The notes under the pieces were generated by a model. That model was not told where the DNA came from. It saw only the letters and a list, made by a program, of their open reading frames with translations, and did not search any database. DNA of 44,522 bases. Source: Oligoflexia bacterium. GTDB lineage: Bacteria; Bdellovibrionota; UBA1018. The stretch's first letter is position 1; the number at the start of each line of letters is the position of its first letter. The stretch lies in NCBI GenBank assembly GCA_043732485.1, contig JAYTHP010000027.1, forward strand, positions 1 to 44,522, read 5' to 3'. This document shows, piece after piece, positions 18,686-29,187 of this stretch. Position numbers and translations under genes: made by a program.

Positions 18686-20343
18686 GGGGCACCCTTTGTT
18701 TTCTGATCCGCCGTGACCCCCAGCGCAGACGCCGCCATCTCTCCCTGGTCCAAGTCGCGGTAACGCTTTGCGTAATCCCGCTTGTTGATCTGTCGGCTTC
18801 TGGCAATCGCGAGCCCCCCTGCCGGCACATCCTCCGTTAAGGTCGAACCTGAGGCCACATAAGCGCCCCGCCCAATCCGGAGCGGCGCGACACTTTGACA
18901 CGCGCTGCCCAAAAACACCTGATCCTCAATGATCGTGGCATGCTTGCGTTTGCCAGCCCGCGTGCGACCATCGAAATTACAAGTAACAAAGCCACAGCCG
19001 ATAGTCACCGATTCACCGACCACCGCGTCGCCTAAGTACGACAAATGGGCAATCTTGCTTCGCGCCCCCACCTGGGTCTGCTTGAGCTCAACAAAATTAC
19101 CAATGCGCGTGCCCTCCCCCAACTTCGAGCCCTCACGCAAATGGGCATAAGGACCCACTTGCGCCTCATCCCCAATCAAGGACTGCCTAGCCACTGTGCC
19201 TGTCAGGATCTTGACACGCGCTCCCACTTTCACCTCATGCAACACCACCCCCGACTCCAGCACCGTATCCTCTCCGATTTCCGTGGCGCCAGTGAGGCGC
19301 ACCCCCTGATGCACTCTTACCCCGCGGGCCAACCGCACGGCAATATCGACCGTCACGGCTGCAACCCCAGCAGGAAAAATCACTCCCGCCTTTGCCCATT
19401 TTTTCAAAATCCGTCGATTCATCGCCTCACTTGCCAGCGCTAGCTCCCAACCATCATTCACACCCATCAAATCCTCGCTCTCCCCCCAAAGAACCCCTCC
19501 CACCTGCAGACCCTGAGCATAGGTAAAACCGACTAAGTCAGTCAGGTAATACTCACCTTGCTGGTTCTCAGGCGAGAGCGTCTTGAGCCCTTGCTGCAAA
19601 AGCTCGCCTTGGAACAGATAGACTGACGTGGCCACTTCCCGCAACTGTCTTTGCTTCGGGGTGGCTTCTTTTTCCTCCACCACAGCCATAATGTCCCCAC
19701 CCGAGTCTCCCGCAGCCCGCAGCACCCGACCAAAACCGCTGGGGTCGGCAACCGTCCGCGTGAGTAAACGCATACCTTCGCGCTCCCCCAAAATACTTGG
19801 CAGACTCAACTCCTTCTCCGCACTCGTGTCCGCGCCAGCTGTAATTGCACGGGAGGGTTGCACCGAGCTTGTCTCGCTGCTTAAGCCCTGCGCGCAAGAA
19901 TTTGCTCCTACCGCCTGAAGACCGATAAAACTTAAAATTAATTTTTTAGTCATAAAAGGCTGATCCCCTGGTAAGACCAAAAAACAGCTTTTGCCTGCCA
20001 GTTGCGCCTCGCCCCAGGGCGAGCTCATGACGGCTGCTAACGCATCCCCGGTGCCTTTTTGCTCTGTTTGCGTGATCCAAACGAAAGAAATACCTGCAAA
20101 GAGCGGCTCATGCCGCAAGTAATGCGTGACTTTTTCCCGCGCAAAACCCACCACCACTGCAATCTCAGCTTGTGGTAAGGCCTGATGAACGGCTTGAACC
20201 ACGTAAAAGATCAAAGGTTTTCCACTCAGGGGATGTAAGACCTTGGGTTCCGTGGATTGCATACGGGTCCCACGACCCGCCGCCAATAAAACGACGCTAC
20301 AAACACGGCTCAAGGGCGGGAAAGTATTGGAATTTTGACGCAT
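18673..20343 (-). CDS. glmU: Bifunctional UDP-GlcNAc pyrophosphorylase / glucosamine-1-phosphate acetyltransferase
   Basis: LAAGRGTRM, QKGTG, GEYYLTD, VGPYAHLR, IGNFVELK, HLSYLGDA, hexapeptide repeats. Overlaps the glmS start. Confidence 0.97.
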   Translation of the reverse strand: MRQNSNTFPPLSRVCSVVLLAAGRGTRMQSTEPKVLHPLSGKPLIFYVVQAVHQALPQAEIAVVVGFAREKVTHYLRHEPLFAGISFVWITQTEQKGTGDALAAVMSSPWGEAQLAGKSCFLVLPGDQPFMTKKLILSFIGLQAVGANSCAQGLSSETSSVQPSRAITAGADTSAEKELSLPSILGEREGMRLLTRTVADPSGFGRVLRAAGDSGGDIMAVVEEKEATPKQRQLREVATSVYLFQGELLQQGLKTLSPENQQGEYYLTDLVGFTYAQGLQVGGVLWGESEDLMGVNDGWELALASEAMNRRILKKWAKAGVIFPAGVAAVTVDIAVRLARGVRVHQGVRLTGATEIGEDTVLESGVVLHEVKVGARVKILTGTVARQSLIGDEAQVGPYAHLREGSKLGEGTRIGNFVELKQTQVGARSKIAHLSYLGDAVVGESVTIGCGFVTCNFDGRTRAGKRKHATIIEDQVFLGSACQSVAPLRIGRGAYVASGSTLTEDVPAGGLAIARSRQINKRDYAKRYRDLDQGEMAASALGVTADQKTKGAPCAE

Positions 20344-20826
20344 AGCTTAGTGGGTAACACTTTTTGATAAGTCAGCCCAAGCAAAATCGCAAAGCGAGCC
20401 CCAAATATTTCCCCACCGCAAGGCGATTCCAGGCAAGCCCCCGGAAAGTTGACGCAAGCTCGACAAAAAGGCCTGACTAGGAGGTAACTAAGAGGCTAAA
20501 TGATGGCCGACCGGACGGCCGGACGTGCGCCTCGTCTTAAGCAGCGGGCCTCAAGACCGCGACCTTCAGTGCCAAAAGCAAAATCAAGCGCCTGGGGGCT
20601 AAAGCAGCCGAGCGCAAGCGCACAGCTTGGGCTGACGCGAAGCGATAATTTTGTCCACGGGAGCCTGGAACCTGAGAAGAGATTAATTTTTTCTGACTTT
20701 TATCTAACTTTTAATTGATAATATTTTTAAAATTAGATAAATGTCATTGTGATTTCGGTAAATGTAGTTAAAATAATCAAGATGCAGCAAACATGTCATC
20801 ATCGATGGCTCGGGGAGGGGAAAATC

Positions 20827-21189
20827 ATGGAAGCTAGAACTGTTGCCCGTTATAAGAAGCTCTTGTTGGAAGAGAAGCAACGCATCTTAAATAATTCAAA
20901 AAATGCCTTAAAAAACGAGCTTGCTCTCTCACCTGATGATCTACCAGATGAGACGGATCTGGCGGCAAGTGGTATTAATCAGAATTTGATATTTAAATTG
21001 CGTGACCGCGAGCGTCAATTACTCTCAAAAATTGATTCGGCTTTGAGCCGCATGGACGAAGGTCAATTCGGGATCTGCCAAGATTGCGAGGAACCGATCG
21101 AACCCAGGCGCCTGGAGGCCCGCCCGATGTCAACGCTTTGCATCGCCTGCAAGGAAAAGCAAGAGCACCGAGAAAAGATCTACGCTTAG
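20827..21189 (+). CDS. dksA: DksA/TraR family RNA polymerase-binding zinc-finger protein
   Basis: DETDLA (DxxDxA) coiled-coil tip, RDRERQLL, CQDC...CIAC. SD GGAGGG upstream. Confidence 0.93.
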   Translation: MEARTVARYKKLLLEEKQRILNNSKNALKNELALSPDDLPDETDLAASGINQNLIFKLRDRERQLLSKIDSALSRMDEGQFGICQDCEEPIEPRRLEARPMSTLCIACKEKQEHREKIYA

Positions 21190-21590
21190 CTCAAGTTTTG
21201 TGAGCCGCGGACAGGCAAAAAGACCTTGTAAAATCGAGCTTAGAGCAAGAAGGCGCACCTCCCCCTACACCACCCACTTGGTGGGGCTCGCGTTCTAATG
21301 CTGCCAGTTGCGTTTTTTTGTTGGCCGAAAAACTTGAACAAAAAAGACCTAAAAGCCGCAAAGCCTTGCTGAGACGCCGTGTCTTTCTTGACGGCGGCAA
21401 GAACAGTGCACAGAGCTGCTTTCTTTGGGCTTTCCGGCTTTCTTGCCTGCTGCTCATTGTTTGCCCACACGGTAAAAAAACCCCACACACTTGCCGACGG
21501 AAAAGACCTAAAGCCACCCCCTGCTTTGACCGATCCTATTTTGAGATGACAAATGACAGGCATCCAAATAGGCGCTTAGGAGGCCCCGGA

Positions 21591-24050
21591 ATGGTAACTA
21601 ATTACGAAGGCGAACCGATTGAGATCCCAGCTAGCTTGCCCCTTTTACCCGTCAGAGACATCGTGGTCTTCCCCTACATGATCATCCCGCTGTTTGTAGG
21701 GCGCGATTCCTCGATCAAAAGTGTGGAGGAGAGTCTAGCAAAGCACGATCGTCTGATCTTGCTTTCGTCACAAAAAGAGATTACCGACGAACTACCCCAG
21801 CCGGATGGGATTTACAAGTTGGGCACCGTGGCGATGATCATGCGCATGCGCAAATTGCCGGATGGCCGCATCAAGATTTTGACACAAGGGCTGTGCAAAG
21901 CCACCATTGAGGAATTCACCCAGATTCAGCCTTTTTATGAGGTTAAAATCAAGAGAATCCTGGAAAACAACCTGGAACGGCCTCCGGAAGCGGAGGCTTT
22001 AATGCGCACCGTGCGAGAACAGCTCGAGCGGGTGATTTCGCTCGGAAAAATCCTTACGCCTGACATCTTGATGGTGTTAGACGACATTACCGATCCAGGA
22101 CGGTTGGCCGATTTGATCACCTCCAACTTAGGTCTTAAGGTCAGCGACGGCCAGGCGATCTTAGAAACCTTTGATCCGGCCTTGCGCTTGAAGAAAATCC
22201 ACGACATTTTAGCCAAGGAAATTGAAGTCCTCTCGCTGCAAGCCAAGATTCGCTCACAAGCGAAAGACGAGATGACGAAATCGCAAAAAGAGTATTTCTT
22301 ACGCGAGCAGATTCGTGCCATTAAATCCGAGCTGGGCGACGGGGACAACAAGGGTGAGGAGATCTCGGAGTTGCGAGAAAAAATCACCCTTTGCAAAATG
22401 CCCAGCGAAGTGGAACAAGAGACCCTCAAGCAGTTGAGTCGCCTGGAGCGCATGCATCCTGACGCCTCGGAGGCTTCCATGGTGCGCACCTATTTAGATT
22501 GGCTGATTGAGACGCCTTGGAGCAAGTCCACGCCGGACAATCTTGATCTGGCGCGCGCTAAAGAGATTCTTGATGAGGAACACTTTAACCTCCATAAGGT
22601 AAAAGAGCGTATTCTAGAGTACTTAGCGGTGCGCAAACTAAAAGCCAAAATCAAGGGCCCACTCATCTGTTTTGCAGGCCCTCCCGGGGTCGGCAAAACC
22701 TCGCTGGGCCGCTCGATTGCCAAATCACTGGGCCGCTCTTTTGTCAGGATTTCCTTAGGGGGTGTCAAGGATGAAGCAGAAATTCGCGGGCATCGCCGCA
22801 CCTACGTCGGAGCTCTACCCGGTCGAATTATCCAAGGCTTAAAGCAAGCAGGAACCAACAATCCGGTATTTGTCTTGGATGAAATCGACAAGCTCGGGAA
22901 CGACTTCCGCGGGGATCCTTCTGCAGCTTTGCTCGAAGTCTTAGACCCCGAGCAAAACCACACCTTCCGCGATCACTATTTGAACGTCAATTTTGACCTC
23001 TCAGGCGTGATGTTTATTGCCACCTGTAACGTCTTAGACACCATTCCCGCGGCGCTACGGGATCGTATGGAAATTATTCAGCTTTCAGGTTACACTGAAG
23101 AGGAAAAATACTTCATTTCCCGCAAATACCTGATCCCGAAGCAAGTGACGGAAAACGGCATCCAGGACTCGCAAATTGAGTTTCGCGAAGACTCCATTCA
23201 GACGATCGTTTCGCAATTCACCCGCGAAGCAGGTTTGCGCGGTTTAGAGCGTCACTTAGCCGCGATTTGTCGCAAAACTGCCAGACAAATTGCCGAAGGT
23301 CGGACAGAAAAATCACTAATCACCCCGGAGCTCGTCTATCGCTATCTAGGACCGCCCCCTTTTGTCAGAGAAGAAGAACAAGAAAAAGACGAAATCGGAA
23401 TTGCCACAGGTCTTGCTTGGACCGCAGTCGGTGGTGAGATCCTCTACGTCGAAACCACCCTAATGAAAGGCAAAGGCAGCCTGATTTTAACCGGCCAATT
23501 AGGCGATATCATGAAAGAATCAGGCCTGGCCGCCTTAGGATTGATTCGCTCCCATGCCAAGCAGTTCGCACTCGATGAGGATCTGTTTGCCTCAACTGAT
23601 ATTCATGTGCACTTTCCAGCAGCTGCCATCCCGAAAGACGGGCCTTCGGCGGGAATTACCATGGCGCTTGCGATGCTCTCTAGCCTGACCCAAATCCCGA
23701 TTCGTAAGGACATTGCCATGACTGGGGAAATTACACTCACGGGCAAAGTCCTCCCGATTGGTGGTTTGAAGGAAAAAGCGCTCGCTGCCATGAGGCATGG
23801 CATAAAAACCATCATCATTCCTGCGAAAAACAAGAAGGATCTCGAAGATATCCCTGAGGAATACCGTCAAAAGCTCACCTTCATTCCGGTGAAAACATTT
23901 GCCGAAGTGATTGAAGCGGCGCTCACCAGACCGCTTCAGGCAAAACCCCGCAGCGTCGCAAAAGCGACGCTCAAGAAGCTCAGTAAGGCCGCCAAAAAGC
24001 CTAAGAAAACGCGCTCGCACCTTCGGCCGCTGTACGATAAAGCGGCCTGA
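21591..24050 (+). CDS. lon: ATP-dependent protease La
   Basis: LPLLPVRDIVVFP, GPPGVGKTS, IRGHRRTYVGA, PKDGPSAG, IGGLKEK. ATG 21591 follows AGGAGG. Confidence 0.98.
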   Translation: MVTNYEGEPIEIPASLPLLPVRDIVVFPYMIIPLFVGRDSSIKSVEESLAKHDRLILLSSQKEITDELPQPDGIYKLGTVAMIMRMRKLPDGRIKILTQGLCKATIEEFTQIQPFYEVKIKRILENNLERPPEAEALMRTVREQLERVISLGKILTPDILMVLDDITDPGRLADLITSNLGLKVSDGQAILETFDPALRLKKIHDILAKEIEVLSLQAKIRSQAKDEMTKSQKEYFLREQIRAIKSELGDGDNKGEEISELREKITLCKMPSEVEQETLKQLSRLERMHPDASEASMVRTYLDWLIETPWSKSTPDNLDLARAKEILDEEHFNLHKVKERILEYLAVRKLKAKIKGPLICFAGPPGVGKTSLGRSIAKSLGRSFVRISLGGVKDEAEIRGHRRTYVGALPGRIIQGLKQAGTNNPVFVLDEIDKLGNDFRGDPSAALLEVLDPEQNHTFRDHYLNVNFDLSGVMFIATCNVLDTIPAALRDRMEIIQLSGYTEEEKYFISRKYLIPKQVTENGIQDSQIEFREDSIQTIVSQFTREAGLRGLERHLAAICRKTARQIAEGRTEKSLITPELVYRYLGPPPFVREEEQEKDEIGIATGLAWTAVGGEILYVETTLMKGKGSLILTGQLGDIMKESGLAALGLIRSHAKQFALDEDLFASTDIHVHFPAAAIPKDGPSAGITMALAMLSSLTQIPIRKDIAMTGEITLTGKVLPIGGLKEKALAAMRHGIKTIIIPAKNKKDLEDIPEEYRQKLTFIPVKTFAEVIEAALTRPLQAKPRSVAKATLKKLSKAAKKPKKTRSHLRPLYDKAA

Positions 24051-24053
24051 TGA

Positions 24054-24953
24054 TCAAGGGGGCGCAGTTGAGGAACCCTGATGGGGATCCTCAACTGGCC
24101 GACGCTGGCACATCTGATCGAGCAAGCGCCTAGCCGAAAGCAACGCCTTGCTCCAGGTCGTCCGCGATAATTCCTCCACTCCCTCAGACCACCCCATCTG
24201 GAGTGCACACTCCCGCGGAGTCTGCCCTTCAAGACTGTCATGCATGTCTTGCAAATGGGGGGCTTGCTGGGAAATCAGCTGCACCATTTCGAGGTTCTGC
24301 TTTTCTACCGCCCAGTGCAAGGCATTTCTGCCGTCCCGGTCCACCCAAGCCACCATCTCCGTGGCAAGCAACTGCTGTGCGACTTGGGTTTTTCCCGCAC
24401 GCACGGCATAAATCAAGGCCGAGGCGTGATCTTGATCTAAACAACGGACTAATGCCCCTTGCGCCACCAAGGCGCTCACCACCTTGAGGTAGCCTTTTGC
24501 AGCCGCCAGATGGAGAGCCGTTGCCTGTTTTTTATCACGTAAAATCAAGCCGTTGACGCCAATCACATAGTCCCGGGTGGCCTTGGTCAGTTTGTGCGGG
24601 CTTGACGACACTTGCTTAAAGACCCAGACCAAGAGCTTGAGGTTTTTCGTCACTAAAGCCTCTTTAAGCTGCAGTGCGTCAGCGGGACTGAGCTCTCGCT
24701 CTTCATCTTGCAAACCAAGAGCATCACCAGCCGCCACGCCGCCTTCTTCTGCCTCCTCCTCAGAATCACTCTCTTGCGGCTCCTCAAACTGATTGGCCTG
24801 TCCCAACAGCAGATGGCTGCGCGAGAGTCGCGTCTCGTCTTTTCGCTCGCCGCCGCTTGCTTGCCCTTCGTATAGGTGCACCCAAAAAAGAAACGGCAAC
24901 AGCAGCACGACTGCCGTCGGGTGAGTCATGGGTTTGGGTCTGGCGTTTGTCAT
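24054..24953 (-). CDS. Ankyrin-repeat protein with N-terminal signal/TM segment and acidic linker
   Basis: ATALHLAAAKGYLKVVSALV, SALIYAVRAGKTQVAQQLL, GRNALHWAVEKQNLEMVQLI, GQTPRECA. Confidence 0.88.
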   Translation of the reverse strand: MTNARPKPMTHPTAVVLLLPFLFWVHLYEGQASGGERKDETRLSRSHLLLGQANQFEEPQESDSEEEAEEGGVAAGDALGLQDEERELSPADALQLKEALVTKNLKLLVWVFKQVSSSPHKLTKATRDYVIGVNGLILRDKKQATALHLAAAKGYLKVVSALVAQGALVRCLDQDHASALIYAVRAGKTQVAQQLLATEMVAWVDRDGRNALHWAVEKQNLEMVQLISQQAPHLQDMHDSLEGQTPRECALQMGWSEGVEELSRTTWSKALLSARRLLDQMCQRRPVEDPHQGSSTAPP

Positions 24954-25167
24954 AAAACCTCTCTTTCTCTTTCTTTTTCTCCACTTGCTGAATCACTGGC
25001 CTCGTCGTCTTTGGACTCGCCTATGGCGGCCTCGTCTATGAATGAACTACCACCTCATTGCCCACTCCCTTTTTTTTTGCTTTTTCAAGAAAAAAGCCAC
25101 TTCCCCCCTTTTTTGGCGGCAAATATTGCGCTTGGAAATTGCAGCAAAATCTATTATAAAGATCATA

Positions 25168-26208
25168 ATGGGTTTTTTTATGGGCGTCAGCTGCTTTTTA
25201 CTAGTTATTTTCTCAGCGTTTCTTTGTGCGTCGGAAATCGCGCTTTTTAGCCTCTCGAAGTTACAAATTCGCTCTTTTCGTGAGAAAAATCGGGCTTTAC
25301 ACCAGAAAATAAAGGCACTTTTGAGTGATCCGAGCGGCTTGCTGTTCACCCTTTTAGCCTTAAACGAAGTCATGAGCGTCACGCTCACGGCTATCATTAC
25401 CTCAAGCGTCGTGCAAAGTCACCTTCAGCCACCCCAGTTTCTAGCCAGCCTACCGCAATGGCAGTTTGAGGCCCTGATCGGCTCAGCACTCAGTGCACCC
25501 CTGATTCTGGTCTTTTGTGAGCTCACCCCCAAGGTGCTGGGCGCGAAACTGAATCAGGAAATCGCTAGCTTTGCCACGCGGCCGCTGTGGATCATCCATC
25601 AATTGATGCTACCCTTACGGCTGCGGCTGCAACGCCTGATCTACGGACGCAAGGCGCTGGCCACCACCCACAATCCAGTCACCGAAGAGCCGATCCTCAA
25701 AGAGCAGGATTTCTTAAGGATGCTCGAAGAAGGTCATCAGCAAGGCGCCATTCAGGCTAACGAGCTTGAGCTGATTCGCAACGTCTTTCACTTGGACAAC
25801 ACCGTACTGACTGAAATTGCCACACCGCTCAAGCAAGCCTTTTGCTGGCCCGAAGAGCTCACCCTTCAAGAGGCGCTCGCCCAGATGCAGCATCAGCGTT
25901 TCTCCAAAATCCCCATTCAAAATACGGCTCGCAAGGAGATCATCGGCATCGTCTACGCCAAAGACCTCCTGCGCTTTCGCTTGGAGCCTGAGGCCGCCCA
26001 CCAGTCGGTGCGTCAGATCATGCGCCCCCCACTTTTTGTGGCCGCCAGCAGTCAGGCCAACTCCTTGTTTCGCAAATTTAAGGAAAATAAATTCCATATG
26101 GCTTTTTTAAAAAACCCCCAAGGCGAAACCTTAGGCCTGATTACCATGCATGATTTGTTGGAGTGTCTCTTTGCCGACCTTTTTGCCGATCCCAAGGAGA
26201 CCCCCTAA
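25168..26208 (+). CDS. CNNM/CBS domain protein (CorC/TlyC hemolysin-like family)
   Basis: SAFLCASEIALFSLS, FCELTPK, FSKIPI, GIVYAKDLL, GLITMHDLLE. Confidence 0.9.
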   Translation: MGFFMGVSCFLLVIFSAFLCASEIALFSLSKLQIRSFREKNRALHQKIKALLSDPSGLLFTLLALNEVMSVTLTAIITSSVVQSHLQPPQFLASLPQWQFEALIGSALSAPLILVFCELTPKVLGAKLNQEIASFATRPLWIIHQLMLPLRLRLQRLIYGRKALATTHNPVTEEPILKEQDFLRMLEEGHQQGAIQANELELIRNVFHLDNTVLTEIATPLKQAFCWPEELTLQEALAQMQHQRFSKIPIQNTARKEIIGIVYAKDLLRFRLEPEAAHQSVRQIMRPPLFVAASSQANSLFRKFKENKFHMAFLKNPQGETLGLITMHDLLECLFADLFADPKETP

Positions 26209-26213
26209 ACCCT

Positions 26214-27602
26214 ATGGCACTTCTCTTACAGCAGGTCATCACGCTGGGCGTCCCTTTACTCCTCACCGAAGGCTTCTACTCAGGCTCCGAACTAGCGCTT
26301 ATTTCGCTGGATCCAGCTTTTTTACCTAATGAGATTGGAGCCTTAAGCGCCAAGACCCCACCCCATCACAGCCGCCTGCTGCCTGGGCTGAGAGCCCATG
26401 GTTTGAAGTTGGCCTTCAAGCTCAGCCAGCACCCAGAGCGAATTTTTTCCACCACCTTGCTGATGAGCAATGTTTGTATGGTGCTCTTGTCGGCCTTGGT
26501 TTCGCTTTTTTTTCTGCAAAATCAGATTCCGCTTGCCGAGCTCGCCGCAACGCTTGCCACCTCCCCTTTGATCCTCATTTTTGGGGAAATTTTACCAAAA
26601 ACCCACTTTCAGCGGCACAATCAGCGGCTCGCCCCTTGGGTGGCCTACCCCCTCTACCTGACCTATCTCCTGTTTTATCCCCTCACGCGTTTTTTAGAAA
26701 ATTACACCTTGCGCTTGTCACGTATTTTGGCTCCCCTTGATGCGCTGCTCATTCGTCGTAAAAACAGTATCCGGGATGAAATCCGACACCTCATTAGCAC
26801 CCGTAGTCAACAGATTGGCAGTGACATCAAAAGAAGCGAAGAGCGAATGATCAAGCGCATCTTTGACTTTCAAGACGCCGAGGCCAAACACGCACTGATT
26901 CCGCTGGTACAAGTCGAGGGGCTAGAAAGTAGCCTGACGGTGCAAGAAGCCTTAGAGCAAATGGCCCACTTTCGTGAGCTCTATAGTGAGGCCTATACTC
27001 CCGTCTACACCCAGCGCATCGATAATATTGTAGGGGTTTTAAAGCCCAAAGATCTTTTGCAGGCTGCAAGCCTCAGCGCCCCGATTTTAAGTCTCATGGG
27101 ACGGGTGCATTATGTGCCGGAAACCCAATCCTTAAGAGACTTGCTGATTCACTTTAGCCAGGAAGATCATTCACAGTTGATCGTGGTGGTCGATGAACAC
27201 GGCGGCGCCGTGGGCACCCTCACCTTTGAAGATGTGATTGAGGAAATTGTCGGGGTGCTCCCAGAAGACGCGCCCCACTTTGTGGGCGCGGAGCAACCCC
27301 ACCAAGCCGCAGACCTTCCCCCCCCGCTTTTTGTCACCTTAAGCGCCAACAGCTGGAGCATTCAAGCCTCGATGGAGATTGCTGAAATCCACGAAATGCT
27401 CAACCTTCCCATCCCCAAAGGGGATTATGAGACCTTAAGCGGTTTTCTACTGCAAGAATTAGGTCACATTCCCCCGGTGGGCGAGGAACTGACCTATATC
27501 AGCCCGCCAGCAGAAGGGGTCTTGCCCCTCAAACTGCGCCTGAAGGTCCAACAGGCCACCGACCGCCATATTGAAACGGTTTTAGTTGAAAAAATAAGCT
27601 AG
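26214..27602 (+). CDS. CNNM/CBS/CorC_HlyC domain protein, second tandem paralog
   Basis: EGFYSGSELALIS, IFGEILPK, VVDEHGG, LTFEDVIEEIVG, DYETLSGFLLQELGHIP. Confidence 0.92.
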   Translation: MALLLQQVITLGVPLLLTEGFYSGSELALISLDPAFLPNEIGALSAKTPPHHSRLLPGLRAHGLKLAFKLSQHPERIFSTTLLMSNVCMVLLSALVSLFFLQNQIPLAELAATLATSPLILIFGEILPKTHFQRHNQRLAPWVAYPLYLTYLLFYPLTRFLENYTLRLSRILAPLDALLIRRKNSIRDEIRHLISTRSQQIGSDIKRSEERMIKRIFDFQDAEAKHALIPLVQVEGLESSLTVQEALEQMAHFRELYSEAYTPVYTQRIDNIVGVLKPKDLLQAASLSAPILSLMGRVHYVPETQSLRDLLIHFSQEDHSQLIVVVDEHGGAVGTLTFEDVIEEIVGVLPEDAPHFVGAEQPHQAADLPPPLFVTLSANSWSIQASMEIAEIHEMLNLPIPKGDYETLSGFLLQELGHIPPVGEELTYISPPAEGVLPLKLRLKVQQATDRHIETVLVEKIS

Positions 27603-27721
27603 GCTTTTAGCCAAAAATCTGCGATCATTTAAGAAAAGAGCCGCGCGAGAGTAAAAAGCGCAGCTTTTGCCAGGCTGTACGATCTGACGCGCGCGCGTGC
27701 GCTAGAGGGGGAGACCAAGGG

Positions 27722-28138
27722 GTGCAAAAGTCGGTCTTAATCGTTGATGATATTGCCTTTGTAAGAAAAACGCTGCGCGCGATTTTCGTGGCAGCCCACA
27801 TTCAAGTCATTGGTGAGGCCGCAGACGGCCAAGAAGCCTGTGAGCTTTTTTACGAGCTTAAGCCTGATTTTGTCACCATGGATATCGTGATGCCGCAGAT
27901 GAGCGGCATTGAGGCCACCCGCAGAATGATCAAGATGGATAAGCACGCGAAAGTGATCATTATCTCAGCCATGGGACATGACAGTCTCATCATGGAAGCC
28001 ATCCACGTGGGCGCCAAAGATTACCTCATGAAGCCCTTTAAACCCACCGACGTGCTCAGAGCGGTTGATCGACTTTTTCAACCGCCCTCAAGCGCCTCCC
28101 GTCAGGCCGTTAACTTTGAGCGCGATCCATTTAGCTAA
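27722..28138 (+). CDS. cheY: Single-domain response regulator, CheY (Bacillus/Thermotoga-type)
   Basis: VLIVDD, MDIVMPQMSG, ISAMG, DYLMKPF. GTG start after GAGGGGGAG. Confidence 0.85.
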   Translation: MQKSVLIVDDIAFVRKTLRAIFVAAHIQVIGEAADGQEACELFYELKPDFVTMDIVMPQMSGIEATRRMIKMDKHAKVIIISAMGHDSLIMEAIHVGAKDYLMKPFKPTDVLRAVDRLFQPPSSASRQAVNFERDPFS

Positions 28139-28155
28139 GACCCACCCACTCAAAT

Positions 28156-28767
28156 ATGCCAGAAACTTTCACTGCTGCAACTCACCTCCCCCCCACAGCG
28201 CCACCGCCACCACCACCGGCGGCCGCTCACTCTCGCCGCAGGGGCCTGGATTACGAACAAGCTTTCCCGCAAGCCTTTGACTTTTACGAGCACGGGGTGA
28301 TTCAACAGCAAAAAACCCTCACGGCTGCTACTGCTTTTTCCGCTCCCTCGCCGTTGAGCTTCAGGTCGCGCGCAGCCAGCACCCTGGCGCCTGAAGCGGT
28401 CGTCGGCTGGCGCTTTCTCGTGCAAGGAGATTTAAGCGCCCTGTTTTTTCTTTTCTTTCCCCCGCAGCTTGATGCCTCGCTCTACGCGGAAGTAGGCAAC
28501 ACTTTGACGAGTTTTTGGATCCGCAAAATACTCAGCTTACATCCCAGCGACAAGGCGGGGGGTCGTGCACGCTTCAAGGATTTGTGGCTGCAACCGCCTG
28601 AGCCCATCACCCAACAGCAGAGTTTACGCCTGCAACAACGCCTGACCCCGCAGACGACTGCTCTTTGTAAGACTTATGTGCACGAGTCGCCTTTGTGCGC
28701 CAAACACCTGCTCGATTTTTGGATGATCGAGCTACCCACCCCCGATGGAGGAATGACCCTTGCTTAA
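28156..28767 (+). CDS. Hypothetical protein, possibly a divergent CheC/CheX-like phosphatase
   Basis: Directly after cheY; VQGDLSA strand and YAEVGNTL (E-x-x-N motif), followed by LQPPE. Confidence 0.5.
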   Translation: MPETFTAATHLPPTAPPPPPPAAAHSRRRGLDYEQAFPQAFDFYEHGVIQQQKTLTAATAFSAPSPLSFRSRAASTLAPEAVVGWRFLVQGDLSALFFLFFPPQLDASLYAEVGNTLTSFWIRKILSLHPSDKAGGRARFKDLWLQPPEPITQQQSLRLQQRLTPQTTALCKTYVHESPLCAKHLLDFWMIELPTPDGGMTLA

Positions 28768-29032
28768 GCTCGCAGCCTGGCTTACTTTTAAATGGTTAAC
28801 GCTTGCCACCCTCATTCTAGTGCTCGGGCAGTCCATCCACTGGCGCTCCCACACCCTCTCGGATCTCATCAAACTTGAGATGTCTGACGCCGGAAACGCC
28901 AGCACTTGGAAAAGTTACCAGGAGCAACTTCACCGCTTCACCCATCAATTACTGCAAGACTTTCACGTCGGATCGTTTCGCTCCAAGGCTACCGCGGCCT
29001 GGGCCAGCGACCCAAAAGGTTTTTTGCCATAA
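28760..29032 (+). CDS. Small hypothetical membrane protein
   Basis: TTG start after GGAGGA, overlaps the upstream stop, N-terminal TM helix. Confidence 0.55.
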   Translation: MLKLAAWLTFKWLTLATLILVLGQSIHWRSHTLSDLIKLEMSDAGNASTWKSYQEQLHRFTHQLLQDFHVGSFRSKATAAWASDPKGFLP

Positions 29033-29090
29033 AAAAAGCCTTTTGCCCCGCTTGCTTTCTCGGGAACAAAAGGCTTTGGAGTCTTTTTTT
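29031..29090. terminator. Probable bidirectional intrinsic terminator between the cheY operon and hup
   Basis: AAAGCCTTTTG (29035-45) and CAAAAGGCTTT (29067-77) form an inverted repeat, flanked by A7 and T7 runs, between convergent genes. Confidence 0.6.
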
Positions 29091-29187
29091 ACTAAAAAGT
29101 AACGAACACAAACTCACCCACTGCTCGCCTGTCAACCCCCACAGGGGCTTTGGCCGGGTTGCGCGCGCTTGTGTTTGATCGCTAGAC

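Noticed and set aside
18686..18901. glmS ribozyme
   Set aside because: The glmS start overlaps the glmU coding sequence, leaving no leader.
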